51,824 nt of DNA from Verrucomicrobiota bacterium (GTDB lineage: Bacteria; Verrucomicrobiota; Verrucomicrobiia; Verrucomicrobiales; Akkermansiaceae), in contig WBXD01000001.1 of assembly GCA_008932935.1 (NCBI GenBank), forward strand, positions 1 through 51,824, read 5' to 3'. Below the pieces are notes generated by a model. That model saw nothing but the letters and a program-made list of their open reading frames with translations, did not search any database and was not told the DNA's origin. Position numbers and translations under genes: made by a program. Below, piece by piece: positions 37,025-46,597 of this stretch (positions within the stretch are counted from its first letter, which is position 1; every line of letters starts with the position of its first letter).

Positions 37025-37795
37025 CTAAAGCCCGCGTTCCGTTAGGGCCGGATGACCGAAGCGGATCATGGTTGAGTACACTTCAAGGTGGCGGTTGGCG
37101 GTGGCCTTGGCGGCTTCGCCTAGCAATCCGGCGGCACTCCCGCAGCCATCCCACGAGTTGGCATCGGTGAGCTTGGCGGCGAGTTCGCGGCGGGCGATGA
37201 CGAGTCGCACGGCGATGACGGCAGGAGCTAGCGCCATGGTGGGTTGCCACGCCTGCCATTGGCCCGTGGGGTTGCGGATTTGCGGGCGGGCCTCGAATGC
37301 GAGGATGCCAAAGGCGACTGGTTCGTCGATCTGGGAGCGGGTGAACAGAGCGGGGGCATGGTTGCGGCGGAGGGCTTGGAATGTGTCGCTGCTGCAACGG
37401 GAGCCGCGCATCAGGCAGCGCACGGTTTTACCGGAGATGCGCAGATCCTTCAGGTAATAATGAATCGCGCAAAGGTCGCCGATGCTGCCCGCCGGCCCTT
37501 GTGCGTCTGGGTCCTGGAGGCTAAAGAACCCGATCCGATCGCCGGGCCAGGCGGCGTGGCTTTGCTCGAACACGCTGCCCTGGTGGAACGAGGCGCTGTG
37601 TAGATCGGCGGTGAGCTGGGTAAGCACGGCGCGGGCTTCTCGCTCGGCGGCGATACTACCGTTGAGGTGTGCGGACGCATCACGGGTGTGGCCCAGCATG
37701 GCAAGCGCCAAAACCAGCACCAGTAGGCCAAGAGTCATCGCCAGCAACATCTCGACGAGGGTGAAACCATGCTGTGAATTGCGGTTAGTAGTCAT
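37025..37795 (-). CDS. Prepilin-type protein (PilW/GspJ-like; Verru_Chthon protein C-like)
   Basis: QHG|FTLVEMLLAMTLG N-methylation motif; EARAVLTQLTADL; GDLCAIHYYL. Confidence 0.8.
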   Translation of the reverse strand: MTTNRNSQHGFTLVEMLLAMTLGLLVLVLALAMLGHTRDASAHLNGSIAAEREARAVLTQLTADLHSASFHQGSVFEQSHAAWPGDRIGFFSLQDPDAQGPAGSIGDLCAIHYYLKDLRISGKTVRCLMRGSRCSSDTFQALRRNHAPALFTRSQIDEPVAFGILAFEARPQIRNPTGQWQAWQPTMALAPAVIAVRLVIARRELAAKLTDANSWDGCGSAAGLLGEAAKATANRHLEVYSTMIRFGHPALTERGL

Positions 37796-38427
37796 GGGAT
37801 GCAGGTGTGAAAATCCAGGTGCCGGCGCTGTGCCAGTGGAGCTGCCGCCGGGTACTCGAGGGAGATGCGCAGGCTGAGCATGGCTGGCATATTAGGCAGG
37901 ATGGGTGCAGGACTGGTGTGCAAGGTGGCGAGGAAGCGGACCGGTTCGTTAGCGAGTTGGCGGACGCCGGCGAGATAGACCTCGGGTGCGACGTTGCCAA
38001 GCAGGTGGCCATCCCGGGCAAAGGCGAGGGTGGCAGCGGCAGCAGGGAAGGGGCTGTGGCGGTTAGAGGGGGGCAAAAAGCGGGCTATCCCATGTTGGGC
38101 GGCTTTGATTTCATCCATGCAGGCGGGCAGGATTACCACGCAGCGGGTTTCGGCCTGGGCGGCAGCACAGCTCATGCCGGCGCGGGCCAGCACTGCAAAT
38201 ACCAGAGGCAGCGCCACCGCCAGCACGCCCATGGCAATGAGCACCTCGATGAGCGAGGAGCCCGCACGCATGCCGCTGCTCTCTACGCCATGGGTTTCCA
38301 TAGTCCTTTCTAGCACCGGGACCCGGCTTGCGGGTGTGGAACGTTGAGTCACTGCCAAATGCTTACTGTGCCCCTTTGCGGCCTTTGCGACTCTGCGGTC
38401 AATCGTCGAGTGAGTCAGGAGGTTCAT
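37792..38427 (-). CDS. Prepilin-type protein (PilV/GspI-like; Verru_Chthon protein B-like)
   Basis: RAG|SSLIEVLIAMGVLAVAL; FARDG; LRISLEYPAAAP. Start is either 38427 (ATGA-coupled) or 38301. Confidence 0.75.
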   Translation of the reverse strand: MNLLTHSTIDRRVAKAAKGHSKHLAVTQRSTPASRVPVLERTMETHGVESSGMRAGSSLIEVLIAMGVLAVALPLVFAVLARAGMSCAAAQAETRCVVILPACMDEIKAAQHGIARFLPPSNRHSPFPAAAATLAFARDGHLLGNVAPEVYLAGVRQLANEPVRFLATLHTSPAPILPNMPAMLSLRISLEYPAAAPLAQRRHLDFHTCIP

Positions 38428-39083
38428 CGGTCAAATGGATAGGGACGGGCCGTGAGACGGCCGATTTGCAGGAGGTTTTCCGCGACGGCGTGGGAGCGGT
38501 TGCTGATATTGGCAGTGGCCTCGCCGTTGCGGTAGCTGCCCTCGGCGATGCGCAGGGCCAGCGGTTCCGCGCCAGGCGGCCACAGTAGAGTGCCGCGCGG
38601 CGAAAAGGCGAGGAGTCGGAAGCTCCCTGCAACCGGCCGAGTGGCCGCGAGGTAACGGATGGTTACGGGGGGCTCGTCACAGGGATTGTGCAGGCCATTG
38701 ACGCTGCCCGGCAGCATGACCACGCCGTCGGGCAGTGCTTGCCAGCGGCCGACAAGGGTGCCATCCAAGGCGGTCGGGGCGGCCGGCCAGTCGTGGATTT
38801 TGAACAACCCGAGGCGGCAGCGCGCGTCGCCGCTTGGCAGTTCGTCTGGCCCGGCCAGCGCCAGTGCCACCACGCAGCGCGAGGTAATTGCGGTGGCCCG
38901 CGCCTGCTCGAGCATACCGGTGATGCTGTCGGTGGCTGCCTGGCGGGCTTGGCCCCTAGCGTCGCCTAGCGCGTGGATACCGACGCTGAGCAGTAGTGCC
39001 ATGACCGACATGACGATCACCATTTCGACGAGCGTAAACGCCCGGGTGCGTGATTTCAGACTGGATAACAGGCGAGTTTTCAC
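38424..39083 (-). CDS. Prepilin-type protein (FimU/GspH-like; Verru_Chthon protein D-like)
   Basis: TRA|FTLVEMVIVMSVMALL; LEQARATAI; WQALPDGV; FSPRG; C-terminal IGRLTARP. GTG start at 39083 assumed. Confidence 0.8.
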   Translation of the reverse strand: MKTRLLSSLKSRTRAFTLVEMVIVMSVMALLLSVGIHALGDARGQARQAATDSITGMLEQARATAITSRCVVALALAGPDELPSGDARCRLGLFKIHDWPAAPTALDGTLVGRWQALPDGVVMLPGSVNGLHNPCDEPPVTIRYLAATRPVAGSFRLLAFSPRGTLLWPPGAEPLALRIAEGSYRNGEATANISNRSHAVAENLLQIGRLTARPYPFDR

Positions 39084-39179
39084 ATGGCGCTGGTGGCAGC
39101 GGCGCCACGGGCAAGCGGCACCATCCACTCCAATGAAAACACAAAACCGTCGCGCCTAGCAAGCGCAAAATCCCTGGCT

Positions 39180-40748
39180 TCAATAGTTGTGATTACCGAC
39201 GCCGGTGCTGAGGAAGCGGTAGTACACTTCTAACATAAGCGTGCACAAGCAGGTGCGATATACTTTGTCGTTCTGATAAGTGGGCACCGCGGCACGGATT
39301 CTGCCGCCGCCGCCGGGGGGTTTCCACGAGCCATCCGTGTCCTGGTTCTTGAGAACTTGGTCGCGGAAGATCTCATTGTAGAATTTCCAGTCCTCACCGC
39401 CGCTCTGCATCATGGCCTGGCTTTCGTAATAGTGGCCGTAGAGGTCGCTGCACACTCCGTTGTAGTCGAACTTGGTATTTTCACGGATGTATTTGATGGC
39501 GTGGCGCACTTCAGCGCCGTTGCCCTTATCCCACATTTGCTGGCAGAGGGCCCCCACGCCGGTAAGCGTCGAGTAGTCTGCTACGCTGGAGTTGGGGCCG
39601 GAGTAGCCGTAGCCGCCGTTGCTGCTCTGGCAGGAGGTGATGTACTTCCAAGCGCGGCTAAGGCAACCGCCGCGGCCCTGAAACTTGAGTTTCGTGTGGT
39701 CGCCGGCTTTCAAGGCCTGGATTTGCCAGCCGACGACCGACATGTCGGTATGGCCTTCGCTCACGGCATAGGAATACGCCCAGCCACCGTTTTTATTTTG
39801 GTGGTCGATGATGTATTGGCCGGCTTTTTGGGTGACTTCCTCGAGTGAGGGGACGGGCTGGCCGATTTCTTTGCAGAAGGTGTAGGCTTCGGACAAGGCA
39901 TAAGTGGCGATGCCATGTTCGTAGGACCAGGAATTGGTGGAGTAATTATCGGCGATTTTGCCATCGTTGCGCATGCCGATTTCCACGAGATAGACGATGC
40001 CTTTCAAGCAAGACTCGCCGTAATCTGGGGAGGCGGGGGTTTCGCAGTGGCCGAAGTAGGCGAGCAGGGCCAGTCCGGTCATCGCCACCGAACTCTGACC
40101 GCTCCAAGAACCATTGGCATTTTGATTGGCCTTGAGCCAGTCCAGGCCCTTGACGACCGCTTTCTCGCAGTCGTCCACGCCACCATTTTCTTTGATGCGT
40201 GCCAAGCGGTCGCCTTTGGAGCAGCGCTTGCTCATGGATGGGGGGATGAGGCCGAAGAGTTTGCCAGTGCCGTGGCCGTTGCCCATGCCACTACCGTTGC
40301 CTTTGCCAAAACCTTTGCCTGAGCCCGAACCGCCCAATCCGCCGGACATGCCGCCGCCGCCCAGCGACACCAAGGGGGACATTTCGCCAAATTTATCGCC
40401 TTGGTCGGGAATCGTGTAGGTGGCGCGGGCACCTTCCGCGACCACCCGTTTTACCTTGGAGATGGGCACAATGACCTTTTTTTTCTTTTCCTTGACGGCG
40501 TGATCGGCGCTGCGTTCGCCGCCGCCGCCACCCGGGGGCGTGAAATCAGGAATGACTTCCTGCGGCTTGATGATCTGGAAAATCCAAAATGCGCCTAAGG
40601 CGAGCACTAGCAAGTGGACCACTACCGCGATGGATAGGGCACGTCCGCCCATTTTCTCCCACAGGCTCATCTTGGTGACGGGCACGTGGTCCACGGCATA
40701 GTAGTGCTCTTGGTACGGCTCCTGGTCTAATTCTTCTTGTTGGTCCAT
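39180..40748 (-). CDS. Membrane-anchored prenyltransferase/squalene-oxidase-repeat (alpha/alpha barrel) protein
   Basis: TM helix SIAVVVHLLVLAL; Gly-rich linker; GLDWLKANQNANGSW; MTGLALLAYFGH; YEHGIATYALSE; QNKNGGWAY; DMSVVGWQIQALK; QDTDGSW; LMLEVYYRFL. Confidence 0.85.
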   Translation of the reverse strand: MDQQEELDQEPYQEHYYAVDHVPVTKMSLWEKMGGRALSIAVVVHLLVLALGAFWIFQIIKPQEVIPDFTPPGGGGGERSADHAVKEKKKKVIVPISKVKRVVAEGARATYTIPDQGDKFGEMSPLVSLGGGGMSGGLGGSGSGKGFGKGNGSGMGNGHGTGKLFGLIPPSMSKRCSKGDRLARIKENGGVDDCEKAVVKGLDWLKANQNANGSWSGQSSVAMTGLALLAYFGHCETPASPDYGESCLKGIVYLVEIGMRNDGKIADNYSTNSWSYEHGIATYALSEAYTFCKEIGQPVPSLEEVTQKAGQYIIDHQNKNGGWAYSYAVSEGHTDMSVVGWQIQALKAGDHTKLKFQGRGGCLSRAWKYITSCQSSNGGYGYSGPNSSVADYSTLTGVGALCQQMWDKGNGAEVRHAIKYIRENTKFDYNGVCSDLYGHYYESQAMMQSGGEDWKFYNEIFRDQVLKNQDTDGSWKPPGGGGRIRAAVPTYQNDKVYRTCLCTLMLEVYYRFLSTGVGNHNY

Positions 40749-40791
40749 GAGGATTGGGTGAAGGGCGTTGAGTTGAAACGGCGCAATTGCG

Positions 40792-41247
40792 TTAATCCGG
40801 GGCGACAGCTTGAAACGTCACATTATCGATTTTGGCCCGAGTGAGTGCATCGAGTACGTCGATGACACGCTCATAACGGGCGAGCTCATTGGCGTAGATG
40901 GTCACCATCACCTCGGATTGTGCGGCGACGCTGATGTTGTGGAGTTCGATGAGGGTTTTGGCCAACTCTGGCAGCGTCTTGTCGGCCGGCGCCGGGCGAT
41001 CCACTGGATCGTCATTGAGAAACACCTGGCCGTCATCCTCAATGCGGATGCTGATTTCGTCGGGTGCCGAGGTGGGGGTCTTGGCTTCGATGGTGCCAGG
41101 CAATTTGGTGTTGTGGCTGTTTTCCGTCTGCACGGCACCAGCCAGCACCATGAAAAATAGCATGATGACAAATACCACATCGACCATCGGCGCGATTTGG
41201 AAGCCAAGATTGACTTCCGAGGATTGCTTTCTGTGGCGCTTTTTCAT
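40792..41247 (-). CDS. exbD: ExbD/TolR family protein
   Basis: FQIAPMVDVVFVIMLFFMV (conserved Asp); ARYERVIDVLDAL; IDNVTF. Confidence 0.85.
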   Translation of the reverse strand: MKKRHRKQSSEVNLGFQIAPMVDVVFVIMLFFMVLAGAVQTENSHNTKLPGTIEAKTPTSAPDEISIRIEDDGQVFLNDDPVDRPAPADKTLPELAKTLIELHNISVAAQSEVMVTIYANELARYERVIDVLDALTRAKIDNVTFQAVAPD

Positions 41248-41699
41248 TTGGTTTTTTCCTTGCTGGCGGCCGAGAACGCAATGTCCGAGTAGCCGGCCTG
41301 GCCGATGAGATCCATCACTTTCTGAATTTCGGCGGCGGGCAACATGCGGTCGCCGCGGATCAGCGCACGCAGGTTGAGTCCGGGCTTGGCTTCCCTCCGG
41401 CTTATGAGATATGACACCATCTCGGCAGGCACCTTGAATTCCTTGTCTTCCACCAAGAAGGCGGCCTTGCTGGTCTTGGCATCCCAGCGCACGTTGACGG
41501 CGACTTCCTGTTTGGTCATTTTCGGGTCATGCGGTTTAGCGCTGGCCGATACTGGCAAGGTGATAGACGAGTCTACCTTTAAAATCTCCGCCGTGGTGAT
41601 GCACATGAAGAAAATGAGCAACACCAGCAACACGTCGATCATCGGCGCGATCTGGAACTCCGGTTCGCCACTTTCAGTTCCGCCGCCGCCGCTAGCCAT
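41244..41699 (-). CDS. exbD: ExbD/TolR family protein
   Basis: FQIAPMIDVLLVLLIFFM; LIRGDR; VMDLIGQAGYSDIAF. Confidence 0.85.
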   Translation of the reverse strand: MASGGGGTESGEPEFQIAPMIDVLLVLLIFFMCITTAEILKVDSSITLPVSASAKPHDPKMTKQEVAVNVRWDAKTSKAAFLVEDKEFKVPAEMVSYLISRREAKPGLNLRALIRGDRMLPAAEIQKVMDLIGQAGYSDIAFSAASKEKTK

Positions 41700-41734
41700 G
41701 GTTTGGTATTGTTAGGGTTTGGAGGGGCTTGTCG

Positions 41735-42535
41735 TTAGATGGATTCCTGTGCCGAGGCCTGCTCGGTTTGCAACCACAGTGGCATCGCGGCGAAGGTCTC
41801 TTCTTGGCCGACGTCCGCATCCCTCAGGTAATCGTAGGGGGCGTTGCGGAACAAGGCCAAGGCTTCGATTTCGAGATTATGGATGGCGGTTTGGAGCTTG
41901 TTGCGCAGGAAATAAAACCCCATGAACGCTGGAATGGCGATGAACAGACCCGAGGCGGTGGCGATGAGCACTTCGCCGATGTGTCCGGCGAGCTTGGAAG
42001 TGTCGCCAATGCCCGAAGTGCCCAGCGCGGCGAAGGCCCCGCGCATCCCGGAGACGGTGCCGAGCAACCCGACCATCGGGCTACACACGCCGATGACGGA
42101 TAGGTAGTTGACGCGGGTTTGCAGGGTTGAGCTGATTTTGTCCACTTCTGCCTGGAGGGCTTCCTCGGTGGCATCCTTGCCATGACCGACGGAGTTGAGG
42201 CCGGACTGGATCACTTTGGCGAAGGGACTGATGGCGGCTTTCATGGCTTGATAGGCCGTGACATAATCGCCCGCCATAAACGCCTGCTTGGCGGTGACCA
42301 CATCGGCTTGAGGGGTCATGTTTTTGGCGTTGGTGCGAATCCACAAGTCGATGATGAGCCAAACCGTGCCAATAGAGAAGGCGCCGATGGGATACATACA
42401 CCACCCGCCTTCCTTGAGGACTTGGATGAAGGTTTTTTTGACGGCAACGGATTGCTCGGCACCATCGGCACCAAAGGCGATCATGGGCAGTAACATCAGG
42501 GCCGCGAAGGCGGCGAATTTAGCGGCTTTTTTCAT
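41735..42535 (-). CDS. exbB: MotA/TolQ/ExbB proton channel protein
   Basis: GGWCMYPI; YLSVIGVCSPMVGLLGTVSGM; LAGHIGEVLIATASGLFIAIPA. Confidence 0.88.
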   Translation of the reverse strand: MKKAAKFAAFAALMLLPMIAFGADGAEQSVAVKKTFIQVLKEGGWCMYPIGAFSIGTVWLIIDLWIRTNAKNMTPQADVVTAKQAFMAGDYVTAYQAMKAAISPFAKVIQSGLNSVGHGKDATEEALQAEVDKISSTLQTRVNYLSVIGVCSPMVGLLGTVSGMRGAFAALGTSGIGDTSKLAGHIGEVLIATASGLFIAIPAFMGFYFLRNKLQTAIHNLEIEALALFRNAPYDYLRDADVGQEETFAAMPLWLQTEQASAQESI

Positions 42536-42554
42536 TGAGTTGGAGGTAGGCTAG

Positions 42555-43523
42555 TTAGTTGGGAATTGCTTGAGAGTCGGGTTGCTTGATGCTGTCGTAA
42601 AGTTTGCTGGCCTGATCACGGGCCACGGTACCTTTGGTGTAGCGCATGGCGGATTGCATCAGGCTGATGGCCTCGGCCAAGCGGCCTTCGATGGTTAGAA
42701 ACTCAGCCGCTTTCATCTGTGCCACTCCGTTGAGGATCATTCCGCCGGAGGGGAACAGGCAGGGTACTGCCAGATAGGCTTCCAGCGCCTCGCTGTTGTG
42801 TTTGTCACTCTGCAACAAGCCAGCCAGAAAAAAGCTGGCGTAGGCACACACATCGGCGGGTTGGGCGTCGGTGGTTAGGGCCTTGAGGGCGGCTTGGCGT
42901 TCGGTGAGCTTGGTGGCTTTAGGCATCAGCAGTGCCTTGCCCAGGGCGACGAATGACTCGTTGTCGGAGGTCGGATCGACTTCCAGCAGTTCCTTGCCGA
43001 TGGCGATGCAAGGGGGGGCAGTACCTTGCAAGGCGATAGCCACTAGCGAGACGCGGGCCGCTTCTAGCCAGAAGTTGCCCGCCAGCTTGGCCGTATCCTT
43101 GTGCTCGGCTAGAATCGGAATGAGCAACCTCTCGCCGTCCGCCGGTTTGCCGGTGAGCAGCATGGCGACGGCTTGGTTGATGGCCGGCGGCTTGTCGCCA
43201 AACACATGATCTACTGCGGCCATGGGAATGAGTGTGCCGACAGCGAACCTCCCGACTGCGGTCTTGAGCTCGTAATTGTCGCCTTTCAGCAGCACGGCAG
43301 ATAAGGGCAGGGCGAAACCGCTCTGCATCACGATTTGGGTGGCACCAAGCGGCGGCGCTGGCTGGGCGGCGGGGGCAGGGGCAGGGGCAGGGGCGGTCGC
43401 CGCAGCCGCACCCGCGGTGGCGGGAGCTGCCTGAGCTTGGGAGAAGGTCAGCGCGGCCAGCGTGCTGAGTGAGAGCCGCACGCGGCGGGAGAGGCGTGGG
43501 TAGAACATGGCTCGAGAGTTCAT
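42555..43523 (-). CDS. Secreted TPR-like hypothetical protein
   Basis: Signal peptide; Ala/Pro linker (APAPAPAP); small beta domain followed by helical repeats (ALEAYLAVPCLFP). Coupled to the upstream gene. Confidence 0.65.
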   Translation of the reverse strand: MNSRAMFYPRLSRRVRLSLSTLAALTFSQAQAAPATAGAAAATAPAPAPAPAAQPAPPLGATQIVMQSGFALPLSAVLLKGDNYELKTAVGRFAVGTLIPMAAVDHVFGDKPPAINQAVAMLLTGKPADGERLLIPILAEHKDTAKLAGNFWLEAARVSLVAIALQGTAPPCIAIGKELLEVDPTSDNESFVALGKALLMPKATKLTERQAALKALTTDAQPADVCAYASFFLAGLLQSDKHNSEALEAYLAVPCLFPSGGMILNGVAQMKAAEFLTIEGRLAEAISLMQSAMRYTKGTVARDQASKLYDSIKQPDSQAIPN

Positions 43524-46471
43524 AAGGATTTGTCCTTGGCTTCTTTGGCACGCTTGGTGTTTTGAAGCTTGGGATGGTTGGCGAGCACTTTCAGGTTTTC
43601 CGCGGCGAGGTCGCCTTCCTTGAGGGCCTTGGCGGTTTCACTCGCCTGCCAATAGGCTTCGGCGCAAATATCCGGGAGACTTTGATAGACGACGTACATC
43701 CGCTGGTAGGTGTTGTAGGCTTTGCGCATCAGTTCGTCCCGCTCGGTAACCGCCTCTGGCCGCGCCGCCTCGATACGGTAACTGTCTGCCATCATTAGAT
43801 AGGCTTTGCCGGCCATCTCGCCGCGGTACGTCTTATCGCTCACCACTAGCTCGGCCAATTTGCGGGCTTCGGCGAATTGCCCGAGGTCGATGAGTGCCCG
43901 CAATTTGCCGATGGTGGTTTCGCAGTAGCGGGAAGTGCCCTTATTGTTGACCAGGGTATCTTCAAATATTTTGAGGGCGGCATCGGGTTGTTTGCGGGCC
44001 AGCGCCACGTTGCCCAGTCCGAGCGGGCCGGCATCTGAGAACAGCGAGTCCTTGTAGCGGTCATTAAGCCGTTGGTACATCGCTTGCGCCGCATCCAATT
44101 TCCCGTCTAGCAGCAAAATATCGCCACACACCGAGAGGAGGGTCGGGCTGAGCACCGCCGGTTCGCTGGAGTAGTTGGTGGCGATGCCCTTGAGTAAAAG
44201 GTCAGAGTGGTCGGTACGGCTGGCGTGATACAACAACTGGCTGAGGCGCGCCTGAGCGTAGAAGGTGCGGGCGGTGGCGGTGGGATTGGGCTTGTCGATC
44301 GCTTTGGCTAGGGTTTCGAGCAGTTGCTTCTCGAGTTTCTCGGCGGTGGCTTCCATCTCATCCTTGACGGGTCTTTTGCGCGGGACAAGGGTTTGGACTA
44401 ACAGGTCTAGGAGGTACTCGGCCTGTTCGACGGCTGGATTGCTGATGCTGGTGCGCAGTGCCTCGGCGAGAATCTGCGCGCCCTCCTCGCTCTTGCCTAG
44501 GCGGTTGTACATTTGCACGATCTTGCCGGCGGATAGCGGTGCTAACTGGCTGTCGGGATGCTCCTTGAGAAAGGCACCATGCATCTCGGCGATGGTGCTC
44601 CAATCCTTCTTGGTTTGCAAAATCGTGGTGGCCGAGTCCATCGCGTATTGGATCACGTCATCGGGGCTCTTGCTCCGGGCGGCCTTGATGAACGCTTCCA
44701 ATGCCGAGTCTTCTTGGTTGTTCTTCTTATAGGTGTCAGCCAGCAGGCACAGCATCGAGCCGTTGGAGACGTCTGTCGGATGGTCCGTCATGAACGCTTC
44801 CAGCTCTGTGATGATCTTGTCTGGCTTAACCCGCGGATCATTCGAATCCACAAAGGACAGGCGGTACTGCATGTCCCCGGCGTACAGGCCTTTGGGAAAT
44901 TTGCTGAGGTATGCGCTGCAGGCGCCCAAAGTTTTCTTGTAGTCGTTGCTCAGGAAATAGGTCATCGCCAGATGATAGAGCGCGGCTTCGTACAGCTTGC
45001 TGTTAGGGTAGTCTTGGGTGACTTTTTCCAGCAGCGGGGTGGAGCGTGCAAAGTCGGCGGTGTCCCCGGCGCTTAGGAAGTAGGCGAGTCCTTGGTAAAA
45101 GAGGAAGCTGTCGAGGTTGGCGGATTTGGGGAAGCGGGTTTCGAGGTCGGCAAAATAGGTGGCCACTTCCGGCCATTTGGCCTGCTTGACGAGCAGTTCG
45201 CCGGCGAGGGTGGCGACGAGTTCGACATCGCTGGAATCCGGATAGGTAGCGAGGTAGCTCTTGCACAGGTCGAGCAACTCGGTGCTTTTTGCGAGATCTT
45301 GCATGATCATGATCTCGGTAAAGGCCGCGGTTTTGATAGCCTTGTAGGTGGGGAATTTCAAGCGCAGTGTGCTGAAGCAAAGCCGGGCTTCCTCGTAGCG
45401 TTTGAGCTCATAGAAACAGTGACCACGGCGCATCAGCAGACCTGCATCGAGATCTTTCAGCTCCTTGATGGCGGCCAACGCCTTTTCATTCGCTTCAATC
45501 GCGGGCCTGAGGTTAGATGCCAGTTCCCGTGCTACCGAGCGCACAATCGGCGCCTCGGGTTTTCTCTTTTCTTCTGCGTCTTCCCTAGCGATGGTGCGCT
45601 CGAGAATCGCCAGATTTTTGCGCTGGATGTCTAGGGATTTGGTCTGGGTGCTCAATATCTGGCTGCGCGCGGGCGCCGTCTGAAAGATGGCCAGCGCCGT
45701 ATCAAAGTCTCTCGAGTCCAGGCACTCGTCACCTTTTACAATCACTTGGTTCGTGTACCAGGCAATCGCGTCGCGCACCCCGGCCTGGTTGGTCAAATGG
45801 TCCAGGTAATAGGTTAGATCTTCGAGTTTGCCTTCATCGGCGAGCAGGTTGATCACGCCCACGGCGGCGGCGGTTTGGTTGGCGCTGCGGATATCCGAGC
45901 CCATCAGTGCCTTGAACACTTCCATGGCTTCCTTGCGTTTGCCGCCTTCGCTGTAGAGTCCGGCCAGAGCCAAGCCGGCTTCGGCGTTGAGTCTGGGATC
46001 CTTCATCGCCATCTTGAACAATTTGATCGCCAGGTCTTTCTTGGTTGGCGTATCTTGGCCCATGCAGGCCTTGCCAACCCCTAGGGCGCAGCGACTCGCG
46101 TACATGCCGGCCGGATACTTGGTGACGTACTCAGTGAAGGCTCTCTCGGCTTCCGCAAACTGGCCGGCGAGCAGATTGGCGAGGCCGATTTTGTAGATCA
46201 GATCCTCCATCATTTCGTCCTTGGGGTCCTTGAGCGTTTGCGGCGGGAGGGCTTTGATGAGCTCATCGAGCTTGGTCACGGCCGTCGCGTATTCCTTGGC
46301 CTCAAAAGCCGCATCGACGTCCTTGAGCATCCGGTTGAGCGCCGCGATGGCAATCACCTTCACCGGGGCTGCCGGGGGTGTATTTTGCCCTATAGCGGAA
46401 TCAATCAGGACTGTAAATAAAGCGGTCCAGGCAATTAGGGCGAGCAAAGATGAGAGGGTTCGGGCAGCCAT
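43520..46471 (-). CDS. Large periplasmic TPR protein (BamD/CpoB-like repeats)
   Basis: Signal or anchor sequence; many TPR units ending in KYP, KFP, DYPNS or EHPDS; AYWQA near the C-terminus. Confidence 0.85.
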   Translation of the reverse strand: MAARTLSSLLALIAWTALFTVLIDSAIGQNTPPAAPVKVIAIAALNRMLKDVDAAFEAKEYATAVTKLDELIKALPPQTLKDPKDEMMEDLIYKIGLANLLAGQFAEAERAFTEYVTKYPAGMYASRCALGVGKACMGQDTPTKKDLAIKLFKMAMKDPRLNAEAGLALAGLYSEGGKRKEAMEVFKALMGSDIRSANQTAAAVGVINLLADEGKLEDLTYYLDHLTNQAGVRDAIAWYTNQVIVKGDECLDSRDFDTALAIFQTAPARSQILSTQTKSLDIQRKNLAILERTIAREDAEEKRKPEAPIVRSVARELASNLRPAIEANEKALAAIKELKDLDAGLLMRRGHCFYELKRYEEARLCFSTLRLKFPTYKAIKTAAFTEIMIMQDLAKSTELLDLCKSYLATYPDSSDVELVATLAGELLVKQAKWPEVATYFADLETRFPKSANLDSFLFYQGLAYFLSAGDTADFARSTPLLEKVTQDYPNSKLYEAALYHLAMTYFLSNDYKKTLGACSAYLSKFPKGLYAGDMQYRLSFVDSNDPRVKPDKIITELEAFMTDHPTDVSNGSMLCLLADTYKKNNQEDSALEAFIKAARSKSPDDVIQYAMDSATTILQTKKDWSTIAEMHGAFLKEHPDSQLAPLSAGKIVQMYNRLGKSEEGAQILAEALRTSISNPAVEQAEYLLDLLVQTLVPRKRPVKDEMEATAEKLEKQLLETLAKAIDKPNPTATARTFYAQARLSQLLYHASRTDHSDLLLKGIATNYSSEPAVLSPTLLSVCGDILLLDGKLDAAQAMYQRLNDRYKDSLFSDAGPLGLGNVALARKQPDAALKIFEDTLVNNKGTSRYCETTIGKLRALIDLGQFAEARKLAELVVSDKTYRGEMAGKAYLMMADSYRIEAARPEAVTERDELMRKAYNTYQRMYVVYQSLPDICAEAYWQASETAKALKEGDLAAENLKVLANHPKLQNTKRAKEAKDKSL

Positions 46472-46488
46472 GCGAAAGCGGTTTGAAG

Positions 46489-46517
46489 AGGCTAAGAGCA
46501 GCAACTTGCCCGGTCAA
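46489..46517 (-). promoter_or_regulatory. Putative sigma70 promoter of the TPR-exbBD operon
   Basis: Minus strand TTGACC-17 bp-TAGCCT, ending 18 nt upstream of ATG 46471, with an AT-rich tract further upstream. Confidence 0.45.
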
Positions 46518-46597
46518 TGCGAAATCAAACGTTTTTTTAACTTATTGCCTCACGACGAAACTCACGTCGTCGCTGCTCAACGCGCCGCTGTCAAGCG

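Noticed and set aside
40260-40370. Repeated GGC/GGT tract as a DNA repeat element
   Set aside because: Explained by a Gly-rich protein linker (GGGGMSGGLGGSGSGKGFGKGNGSG).
39180-40748. True squalene-hopene cyclase
   Set aside because: Single barrel, no DxDD motif, membrane-anchored with an exported domain, and no isoprenoid genes nearby.
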